64,000 nt of DNA. Origin: Myxococcales bacterium (GTDB taxonomy: Bacteria; Myxococcota; B64-G9). The position numbers were made by a program, and so were the translations under genes. Below the pieces are notes generated by a model. The model was given only the letters and a program-made list of their open reading frames with translations, ran no database searches and was not told the DNA's origin. Shown piece by piece: positions 1 to 7,476 of this stretch (position 1 is the stretch's first letter; every line of letters begins with the position of its first letter). The DNA lies in the NCBI GenBank assembly GCA_012798435.1, contig JAAZNF010000085.1, forward strand, positions 695 to 64,694, written 5' to 3'.

Positions 1-10
1 CTCCGAGCGG

Positions 11-1066
11 ATGAACTGCGACACCGTGGCGCTCAGCCCGCACTCGATCCTGTGGGGGCTTCCCCTGGCCGCCTGGGGCGGGCTTTTCTACCTGGCGCTC
101 GGCGCGCTGGCCCTGGCCGCGCTGCGGGCGCGGCGGGCCGGCTTTCCCTGGGGCCTGCTCTCACTGGCCGCGCTGTGGGCCGTCGGCCTGAGCGTGTATC
201 TCTTCTTGCTCTCGGAGCTTATAATCGGCTCGTTCTGCCTGGTGTGCGGCAGCCTGTACCTGGTCAACCTGGGCCTGCTGGCCGTGGCCGCCGTGGGCCT
301 TCGGCGTTCCTGCGGTGGCTGGCGGCTCTTCGCCAGGCTGCGCGACGACCTCGGCTTCGTGGCCGGGAGGAAAAAGGTCGCCCTGGCGGCGATGCTGGCG
401 GGCGCGCTCCTGCTCGGCGGCGCCTACCTGGGAAAGAGCCTTCTCTACCCCCAGCGCGTGTTCGCCGGCGGCCTGGGGGATCTGCCAACGGGCCGGACCG
501 CAGAAGGGGCCGACTATCTGGGCGCGGCGCAACCGCGTCTTGTCATCGTGGAGTTCTCGGACTACGAGTGCCCGTTCTGCAACCAGGCGCACGAGAAACT
601 GCGGCAGGCGCTGCGGCAGAGCTCCGACTGGATCCGTTTGGAGCACCGGCACTTCCCCCTGGACGGGGCCTGCAACCCGCTGCTCAAGGGCCGCTCCATG
701 CACCGCAGCGCCTGTATCAGCGCCCGCGCGGCCATCTGCGCCGGCCGGGCGGGAAAGTTCTGGGAGATGAACGACGCCCTGTTCGCCCGCCGCGGCGGAT
801 TGGACGCCGGGGGCCTGACCGTGCTGGCCGAGACGCTGGGGTTGGACGCCGCCGCCTTCCGCGCCTGCCTGGACGACCCGGCCACGGCCGGGGAACTCAA
901 GCGCGACATCGAGGAGGGGATGCGGCGCCGCCTGAGCGGCACGCCGTCGTTCGTGGTGAACGGAAAGGTGATGCCCAGCCTGAACGCGGTGCTGGAGGCG
1001 GTTCGCGCCGGCGCGGCGGTGGAAAAACAGGGAGGGGAACATGCCGAGACGGGCGCTGATCGTTGA
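11..1066 (+). CDS. Vitamin K epoxide reductase (VKOR) domain fused to DsbA-like thioredoxin domain; probably truncated at the window start
   Basis: Polytopic N-terminus with a CLVCG (CXXC) motif inside a transmembrane segment and a Cys pair near the start, typical of VKOR. The C-terminal half carries DYECPFC, a DsbA/thioredoxin CPxC motif. No in-frame stop lies upstream within the window. Confidence 0.7.
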   Translation: MNCDTVALSPHSILWGLPLAAWGGLFYLALGALALAALRARRAGFPWGLLSLAALWAVGLSVYLFLLSELIIGSFCLVCGSLYLVNLGLLAVAAVGLRRSCGGWRLFARLRDDLGFVAGRKKVALAAMLAGALLLGGAYLGKSLLYPQRVFAGGLGDLPTGRTAEGADYLGAAQPRLVIVEFSDYECPFCNQAHEKLRQALRQSSDWIRLEHRHFPLDGACNPLLKGRSMHRSACISARAAICAGRAGKFWEMNDALFARRGGLDAGGLTVLAETLGLDAAAFRACLDDPATAGELKRDIEEGMRRRLSGTPSFVVNGKVMPSLNAVLEAVRAGAAVEKQGGEHAETGADR

Positions 1067-1415
1067 CGACAACGCGGCCAACCGCGAGCTCATGGCCGTC
1101 ATGCTGCAGCGGCTGGGGTTCGTGGGCGTGGGCGTGGCGGACGGCGCGTCGGCGCGCGCCATCGTGGAGCGCGAGTCCTTCGACGTGGTGTTTCTGGATC
1201 TCAAGCTCGCCAACGGCTGCGGGATCGATCTGGCGAAAGAGGTCAGGTCCCGCCCCTGGGGGGCCCGCGTGCCGCTGGTGGCGGTGTCCGGGGTCAGCCC
1301 CGAGGAGGGCGCTCACCTGGTCCGGCCGGGGGGCTTCGACGCGTTCCTGGCCAAGCCGTTCTCGTTCGCGGATCTCGAGAAGACAATCGAGGCGCTGTTG
1401 ACGAAGGACGGCTAG
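1041..1415 (+). CDS. Stand-alone response regulator receiver (CheY-like) domain protein
   Basis: ALIVDDN acidic pocket, phospho-acceptor Asp in VVFLDLKL, LVAVSG, and the conserved Lys in LAKPF; 124 aa with no output domain. The start overlaps the 3' end of the VKOR-DsbA gene by 26 nt. Confidence 0.8.
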   Translation: MPRRALIVDDNAANRELMAVMLQRLGFVGVGVADGASARAIVERESFDVVFLDLKLANGCGIDLAKEVRSRPWGARVPLVAVSGVSPEEGAHLVRPGGFDAFLAKPFSFADLEKTIEALLTKDG

Positions 1416-1417
1416 GC

Positions 1418-2830
1418 TCAGGGTTTCAAGAAACGCACGCTGAGGCCGTTTTCGATGGGGGCGATCTCGTAGCGCGGTGGCTTTGATTCGAAGTCCAGCA
1501 CGAAGCGGACGAAGCCCTCCTGCTTGCCCACCCGGAGCTTCTGGATGCCGGGGGCGGGGGTGTCGAAGACGATCTTCTTGTGGCCGTAGGCGCCGCCCAC
1601 GAAGTCGATGGCCAGGCGGGGAGGGTTGTCGAGGGCGAAGTGCTTGATCTTGAGCGGCGCGCTGGCGCGCATCGTCAGCGTCACGCCGCCGGCGCCCTCG
1701 GCGAACACGGGCAGTTCGATCTCGGCCGACTCTGCGGGCCTGGGCGGCGGCGCAGGAGGCTCACCGCCGACGGCGGCGACGGTGCCCGCATCCGGTGGCG
1801 AAGGCGGGGTCGGCGGCGGGGCCGGAGGAGGAGCCGGCGCTTCGGCGTCTGCCCGGCTGTCCGCTCCCGCGTCCGGTTTGGGCGCGTCCGCCGGGCCGGC
1901 GTCGCGCGGGGACGGCGCCGCGTCGGCCGGAGGTCCCACCGCCACCGCGCCGTCCGGTCTGTCCGGTCCCGGCGGCGGGGACGGCGTGGCGGCGTCGGGC
2001 GGAGGGGGGACGGGGGGCCCGCTCGGAGGTGGAGCCCCGCCCTCCCCCGGGCCTGCCTCGGGCGCCGGCATCATGTTTCGTAGGATGAAGAACGTGGCCA
2101 CGGCCACGACCGCGACAAACAGCACGAACAGCACGATGCGGGTCTTCGGGGGCGGCGGCACGGAAACCATGGGCTCTCCTGGGTTCGGTTCGACCGGCGG
2201 TGCCGGGGGCGCCGCATTGGGTTTCGGCGCGGAGGTTGGCCGCGGTTGCAGCGCAAGCCGCATGGCCGCGCTCGGCGGTTGCGCCCAGGGCGAGGGAGCC
2301 GGTGGCAGGGACGGCTGCGGAGGTTGTGCGGCCTCCACCGGCAGCGGCATCGCTGGTTGTGGAAGGGGTGATGGAGCGGCCGGCGGCGAGGCCGGCTTTC
2401 CGGGTTGTGGCGAGGGCGTCTTGACGGCCGCGGGCGGAGGAGGGGGCAGCGGTTTCGCCGGCGCGGCGTTCTCGCCGAGTTCCGTCGCGATGAGATCGGC
2501 GATGCGGTCGGACGAATCCGCCGGCACCTGGGTGAACTGGATCCCCATTCCGGCGGGAGTGCCGTCGAGGCTGATGGGATCGAACGGCTTGTTCCAGACG
2601 ACCTCGGCCTCCTCGACCCGTACCTCTCCCCGCGGGGCGCGAAACTCCAGGGTGATCTTGCGGCCCTTCGGGAGGGGCCGGTTGGTCCTGAGGAAGATGC
2701 CGCCCTGGCTGATGTTGGAGGCGAACAGCTCCTGCGCCCGGCCGTCCTTCTCGGACACCTTGACCTTGTCGAAGAAATCCACCCGCGGCAGCATGCGCTT
2801 GTCTTCGGGGCGCTTCTCGTCTTTGGGCAT
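1418..2830 (-). CDS. PilZ domain (c-di-GMP receptor) protein with Pro-rich linkers, one transmembrane helix and a C-terminal AMIN-like domain
   Basis: The N-terminus has the canonical PilZ motifs RMLPR (RxxxR) and NISQGG (D/NxSxxG) and ends GMGIQF. Long P/A-rich low-complexity stretches flank a TM helix (IVLFVLFVAVVAVATFFIL). The C-terminal roughly 100 aa (LKIKHFALDNPPRLAIDFVGG...VRFVLDFES...LSVRFL) resembles an AMIN beta-sandwich. Start chosen at MPKDEK (2830) rather than the ORF-track start at 2956. Confidence 0.6.
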   Translation of the reverse strand: MPKDEKRPEDKRMLPRVDFFDKVKVSEKDGRAQELFASNISQGGIFLRTNRPLPKGRKITLEFRAPRGEVRVEEAEVVWNKPFDPISLDGTPAGMGIQFTQVPADSSDRIADLIATELGENAAPAKPLPPPPPAAVKTPSPQPGKPASPPAAPSPLPQPAMPLPVEAAQPPQPSLPPAPSPWAQPPSAAMRLALQPRPTSAPKPNAAPPAPPVEPNPGEPMVSVPPPPKTRIVLFVLFVAVVAVATFFILRNMMPAPEAGPGEGGAPPPSGPPVPPPPDAATPSPPPGPDRPDGAVAVGPPADAAPSPRDAGPADAPKPDAGADSRADAEAPAPPPAPPPTPPSPPDAGTVAAVGGEPPAPPPRPAESAEIELPVFAEGAGGVTLTMRASAPLKIKHFALDNPPRLAIDFVGGAYGHKKIVFDTPAPGIQKLRVGKQEGFVRFVLDFESKPPRYEIAPIENGLSVRFLKP

Positions 2831-2949
2831 GGCCCTATCGTAGAAAAGAGCGGCGGTGAGGTCAAATCTCAGGCCGCGGGAATTCGGTTGCCAAATTTTC
2901 CTCCTCTGCATACATTCCCCGGCGTTCGCCTCGGGGGAAGGAGCAGAAC

Positions 2950-4203
2950 ATGGCACCGGCTAGAGCCCAGAAGACCGCTTTGGCGGAGAAGTTGGCGCAG
3001 GCGTTGCGGCGGGGCGCGCCCGAGGAGGCGCCGGACACGGCGGATGCGCGCGAGCACTTCGCGCGCGCCCTGGAGATCCTGCGCGGGGGAGGGGATCCCC
3101 GGCGGGTGATGGAGCTCCCCGCCCTGTTTCAGGAAGCCTTCCTCCTCTTGTGGGAGGAGGCCCGCGAGCCGGAGCCGCTGCTGGATCTTCTGAACCTTAC
3201 GCGCGATGCGGCCGTCCAGAAGGCGGCGCGGCGGGCGCTGCACCGGCTGCGTAGCGCGGGGATGGACCTGCCCGACCCCGCGGCGCCTCGCCCGTCGGTG
3301 CTCGCCCGCGCCGGCGCGCCGGCCGAGAAGGTGCTGCCGTGTCATGTCAGCGAGCCGTCATCCCAGGGCGTCGAGTCGCTGCTGCTCTCGCGCTACGTGC
3401 ACGGTGGAGTGGCGACCGCGCAGGCGTTTTTGGACGACGAGAGCGGCCTGGTCGAGTTCGACGGGGGCGTGGTGGGACGCAACCGGCACCGGGAGATCCT
3501 GCGCTCGGTCCAGGCCGAGGGCGAGGCGCGCTGGCTGGAGATCTCCTACGAGGAGGCCCGGCAGCGCCTGACGGAGGGGGCGCGCCAGGCCCGGGAGAAG
3601 GGCCGGCCGCTGCCCGAGAAATACCTGGAGCTCTCGGCGCATTTCCCCGAGGTGGCGCCGGTCGAGGTGCCGCGAGGGCGCGAGCTGTTCCAGCGCGATG
3701 AGCTTTCCGGGGTGCCGCTCTCGGACACGGCCTCCTTGCTCGATCGGGAGGAGTTTGCGCACTGGGGTCCGCCGCGGCGGTTCGTCGAGGTGATGATCCA
3801 GAAGCTGGACGAGATCCGCCAGAGCCAGGTCATCATCTCCGACGAGCAACGCCTGGAGCAGGTGCGCCGGCTGCTGGAGAGCGCGCCGCAGCGGCTGCTA
3901 GAGGAGCCGGAGGAGCGCCGGCGGTTCCAGGAACGGCTGTTCCGCATGGCGGCGTTCCTGGAGCGGCGGGGCGCGAAGGAGGCCGCCCGGCTGGCGGCGG
4001 CGGCCGCCTGGCCGCTTTTGGATCCCGACTTCAAACCCGAAAGCCACCCCTTCTTCGCGCGGCTGGCCACCAAGGGCTTCCTGTCGCCCGAGGAGATCGT
4101 GGCCCACATGCGAAAGGACGCGGCGAAGGACAAAGACGGCGCCGGCGAGCCCACGCAGAACTTGCCGCCGGCGAGCCCCGGCGGCCGCATCATCCTCCCC
4201 TGA
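2950..4203 (+). CDS. Hypothetical protein of 417 aa; Arg/Glu/Leu-rich, predicted helical, no signal peptide
   Basis: Long ORF with coding-like codon usage, divergent from the PilZ gene. I recognise no family. Confidence 0.45.
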   Translation: MAPARAQKTALAEKLAQALRRGAPEEAPDTADAREHFARALEILRGGGDPRRVMELPALFQEAFLLLWEEAREPEPLLDLLNLTRDAAVQKAARRALHRLRSAGMDLPDPAAPRPSVLARAGAPAEKVLPCHVSEPSSQGVESLLLSRYVHGGVATAQAFLDDESGLVEFDGGVVGRNRHREILRSVQAEGEARWLEISYEEARQRLTEGARQAREKGRPLPEKYLELSAHFPEVAPVEVPRGRELFQRDELSGVPLSDTASLLDREEFAHWGPPRRFVEVMIQKLDEIRQSQVIISDEQRLEQVRRLLESAPQRLLEEPEERRRFQERLFRMAAFLERRGAKEAARLAAAAAWPLLDPDFKPESHPFFARLATKGFLSPEEIVAHMRKDAAKDKDGAGEPTQNLPPASPGGRIILP

Positions 4204-4476
4204 GGGTGGTCCGCCCTCGCACCTCCCGCCCGCGCGTCATTCGAGATTCGATTTCGCGCGCGAACGCGCTGGCCGTGTGTGCCCCGCGTTCGCGCGACGG
4301 ACAACCCGGCCTGCCTTCACGAAGACGAAGGGACTAAAGGCCCCGGACGGTAAACACCGAGCGGAGGCGACATGCGACCCGCGATGCGACCGGGAGGCGC
4401 TGGTAGCCTAGAAGGGCGCGGGGGGAAGGGCGGCGGAGAGCGGGTGCAGACGGTGGGCGCTCTCACCGGGCGCGGC

Positions 4477-4995
4477 TCAGTTGGCCGCGGTCAGGAACTG
4501 GCTGAAGGCGCCGACCGGGTGCGCGGTCAGCGCGCGTCCGTCCGCGTCCTGCATCACCACCGAACGGCTCGGGTTCTTGAGGTTTCCTTGGGTGGTGCCC
4601 TTGAGCGCGGTGGTGAGCACCAGCCGGTAGCAGCGGTCGGCCTGCAGCGGAGCGGCCGGGGCGACGGTGACGGTCCGGCGGTCCGTGCCGGTCACGGCCG
4701 GGGTGATGCTCTCCTGGCTCCAGCCGCGCCCCTCGGCGGTGCCGCAGCGCAGGGAAGTGGCGCCGCCGTCGGAGGGAGTCCATTCGTAGGAGGCGTGAAG
4801 CAGCAGCACGCCCTGCGCGAGCGAGGCCGGGTCGACCTCGTCCGAGAGCACGGCGGAGGGCTGCACAGCACGCGAAACATCGGCCTGCCCGTCCAGCGCC
4901 AGGTACACCACCTCCATCCCCGTCGGCAGCGGCACGCCGGGCGAGCCGCAGGCGGCGATGGCGAGAAGCAGCAAGAGTCCCCACAGGCGCCGCAT
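4477..4995 (-). CDS. Small lipoprotein, paralog of the adjacent gene
   Basis: Signal peptide MRRLWGLLLLLAIAACGS with a lipobox. C-terminal CYRLVLTTALKGT matches QYWIVIAKTLTGK of the neighbour. Confidence 0.55.
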   Translation of the reverse strand: MRRLWGLLLLLAIAACGSPGVPLPTGMEVVYLALDGQADVSRAVQPSAVLSDEVDPASLAQGVLLLHASYEWTPSDGGATSLRCGTAEGRGWSQESITPAVTGTDRRTVTVAPAAPLQADRCYRLVLTTALKGTTQGNLKNPSRSVVMQDADGRALTAHPVGAFSQFLTAAN

Positions 4996-4997
4996 GG

Positions 4998-5471
4998 CTA
5001 GTTCTCCTCGACCTGGAACCACGACTGGATCTCGCTGCCGAGCTCGCGAGTGGGCTCGCCGTCCAGCTTCCCGGTCAGTGTCTTGGCGATGACGATCCAG
5101 TACTGTTGGCCTCGCGTGAGGTTCTGGGTCGGCTGCAGCAGCACCGCTTCGCGGGTGACCTGGTCCTGTCCCTGGGCGTCCTTCACCGTCGGGTGGTTCA
5201 CCGCGATCTCCACGGGGGAGCCGTCGGCGGCGCCGGCGCGCAGCAAGATGGTGGTGTTGTTGGCGTTGGTGCTGCCGTTGGCGCACTCCACCTCGGCGGA
5301 GAAAACGATCACCGGCAGCACGTCCGGCTGGGCCTCGGCGCTGGCCAGGGCGGGGTACACCCGGATCACCTTGAGGAGGTTCTCGGCGGGGTTGTCGATG
5401 GCCACCTCGCCGCAGGCTGGCGCGAGAGAAAGAAGCGAGAGCAGTGACAACGCGATTGCCTTGTTCTTCAT
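4998..5471 (-). CDS. Small lipoprotein, paralog of the adjacent gene
   Basis: Signal peptide MKNKAIALSLLSLLSLAPACGE with lipobox LAPAC. Collinear similarity to the 4477-4995 product; separated from it by 2 nt. Confidence 0.55.
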   Translation of the reverse strand: MKNKAIALSLLSLLSLAPACGEVAIDNPAENLLKVIRVYPALASAEAQPDVLPVIVFSAEVECANGSTNANNTTILLRAGAADGSPVEIAVNHPTVKDAQGQDQVTREAVLLQPTQNLTRGQQYWIVIAKTLTGKLDGEPTRELGSEIQSWFQVEEN

Positions 5472-5550
5472 CTCCACGGCTCCCAGTCTATGAGTCCCCT
5501 CGACCATAGACCAATGCCGCACCCAGATCAAGTGCGGGACGGCGGCGAGA

Positions 5551-5634
5551 TGCCGGAGGCGGGACTCGAACCCGCACGCCCTTGCGGACAAGGGATTTTA
5601 AGTCCCTTGCGTCTACCCGTTCCGCCACTCCGGC
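5551..5634 (-). tRNA. tRNA-Leu, anticodon UAA
   Basis: The reverse complement reads GCCGGAG-TGGCGGAACGGGTAGACGCA-AGGGA-CTTAAAA-TCCCT-long variable arm-GCGGGTTCGAGTCCCGC-CTCCGGC-A. The 7-bp acceptor stem, a T-loop containing GTTCGAGTC, the long variable arm typical of class II tRNAs, and anticodon TAA are all visible. Confidence 0.85.
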
Positions 5635-5806
5635 GCGGTGCCATCCCAGGGTAGCCGCCTCTCTTTCCGATGGCAAGGACCATCCGGCGGGAATGAATTT
5701 TGACCCTGTGAAGTTTCAGCCGGCCGCCGGCGCCAGGTGAGACGGGTGGCGCCGGGAGGAGAGTCTCTTGACACCCCGAGCGACATGTGTTTGAAGCTCT
5801 TTCGCC

Positions 5807-6754
5807 ATGAAAACCATGATCGAGACAAGACATTTGACCAAGGATTACGAAGACCTGCGAGCGGTGGACGACGTCAGCCTGTCCATCGAGCGCGGCCAGT
5901 GCGTAGGATTGCTCGGCCTCAACGGCGCCGGCAAGACCACCCTGCTGCGCATGCTGTGCGGCCTGCTCACCCCCAGCGAGGGCGACATCCGCATCGACGG
6001 CCTGGACGCCGCCGAGGAGACGCTGGCGGTGCGCGGTCGCATCGGGTTCCTCCCCGAAAACCCGCCCCTGTACCCCGAGATGACCGTCGCGAGGTTTTTA
6101 CGCTTCGCTGCCCTGCTGCGCGGCGTTCCCGCGCTGGGGGTGGAGGCCCGGGTGCAGGAGACGGCCCAGCGCTGCCAGCTCGCCGATCGCCTGGGCGACC
6201 GCATCGAGACCCTGTCCTACGGCTACCGCAAGCGGGTGGGCATCGCCCAGGCCATCGTGCACCAGCCGGCGCTGGTGATCCTGGACGAGCCCATCGCCGG
6301 CCTGGATCCGCGCCAGATCGTGGAGATGCGCGAGCTGGTGCGTTCCCTGCGCGGCGAGCACACGGTGCTGCTCAGCTCGCACAACCTGCCGGAGATCAGC
6401 CAGACCTGCGACAAGCTCCTGGTCATGGACCGCGGCCGCATCATCCAGCAGGGCTCCGAGCACGAGCTGGCCGAGCTGCTCGGACGCCGGCGGCGCATCC
6501 TGCTCCAGGTGCGCGGGGAGCGGACGCGGGTGAAGGACACGCTGGCCCGCGTGAGCGGGGTGTCCGGGGTCCAGATCCTGGGCGAGGCGGACGGCGTGGT
6601 GGAGGCCGAGATCGAGTCCGCCGCCGACGTGCGCGAGGAGGCGGCCCGGGCGGTGATCGGCGCCGGCCTCGGCCTGCTCACGCTCTCGCGCAAGGAGCTG
6701 GATCTGGAGGGCGTCTTCCTGCGGCTCACCGGGGGCCGGGAGGGACAGGCATGA
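5807..6754 (+). CDS. gldA: ABC transporter ATP-binding protein, GldA-like
   Basis: Walker A GLNGAGKTT, ABC signature LSYGYRKR, and Walker B ILDEP. Confidence 0.85.
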   Translation: MKTMIETRHLTKDYEDLRAVDDVSLSIERGQCVGLLGLNGAGKTTLLRMLCGLLTPSEGDIRIDGLDAAEETLAVRGRIGFLPENPPLYPEMTVARFLRFAALLRGVPALGVEARVQETAQRCQLADRLGDRIETLSYGYRKRVGIAQAIVHQPALVILDEPIAGLDPRQIVEMRELVRSLRGEHTVLLSSHNLPEISQTCDKLLVMDRGRIIQQGSEHELAELLGRRRRILLQVRGERTRVKDTLARVSGVSGVQILGEADGVVEAEIESAADVREEAARAVIGAGLGLLTLSRKELDLEGVFLRLTGGREGQA

Positions 6755-7476
6755 AAACCATCTGGTTGATCGCGCGCCGCGAGCTTCTGGCCACCCTGCG
6801 CTCGCCGCTCGGTTTCGTGGTGGCCGCCATGGTGCTGGCGCTGGACGGGTTGCTCTTCAACCTGTTGGCCCTGGGCGGCGGCGAGAAGTACTCCAGCGAG
6901 GTGCTGGCCCAGTTCTTCTACACCCTGTCCGGCACCACCATGGTGGCCAGCGTGTTCATCTCCATGCGCCTCTTGGCGGAGGAGCACCAGACCGGCTCCT
7001 TTCCGCTGCTGCTCACCGCGCCGGTGAAGGACGGGCACATCATCGTGGGCAAGTTCCTGGGCGCGTTTCTGTTCCTGGCCCTGCTCACCCTGATCACCCT
7101 GTACATGCCACTCCTGGTCATGGTGCACGGCAAGGTCTCCTGGGGCCACGTTTTCGCCGGCTACCTCGGCCTGCTCCTGCTCGGCGCGGCCGCGCTGGCC
7201 ATCGGGACCTTCGGCTCGACGGTGGCCCGCTCGCAGATCGTGGCCGCCTTCATCTCCGGGGCCCTGGTGGTGGCGCTACTGCTGTTCTGGCTGCTGGGCC
7301 GCGCCGCCGACAAACCGCTCGATGACGTGTTCTCGTTCCTGGCCCTGCACAACATGCACTTCCGTCCCTTCATGGCGGGCAAGATCCACCTGCGGGACAT
7401 CGTGTACTACCTGTCGGTGACCGTCTTCTTCCTCTCGGCGGCCACCCGCATGCTGGAGTCACGGCGATGGCGCTAG
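6750..7476 (+). CDS. gldF: ABC-2 type permease, GldF-like
   Basis: Six predicted TM helices. ATGA start/stop overlap with the ATPase gene. N-terminus MKTIWLIARRELLATLRSPLGF is typical of ABC-2 permeases. Confidence 0.75.

Noticed and set aside
52-1213. Long ORFs overlapping the VKOR-DsbA gene in other frames or on the antisense strand (52..1059 +, 161..1213 -, 315..770 +)
   Set aside because: Arg/Gly/Pro-rich low-complexity translations typical of off-frame reading of 70% GC DNA. The VKOR/thioredoxin frame has clear motifs.
1608-2865. Antisense and alternative-frame ORFs across the PilZ-AMIN gene (1608..2843 +, 2071..2865 -, 1580..2083 +)
   Set aside because: Gly/Ala/Ser or Arg-rich with no motifs. 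The minus-strand frame has PilZ motifs, a TM helix and an AMIN-like domain.
4204-4476. Possible third copy of the dispersed repeat in the 4204-4476 intergenic region (GCCTGCCTTCACGAAGACGAAGGG)
   Set aside because: Only a weak TGCCTTC(R)C resemblance. The conserved 19-mer and hairpin module are absent.
5737-6749. 5' 1 kb of the 579-aa ORF 5737..7476 + (in frame with the permease)
   Set aside because: Arg/Pro-rich artefact. The real permease starts at the ATG at 6750, overlapping the ABC ATPase stop. The ATPase is in another frame with Walker motifs.
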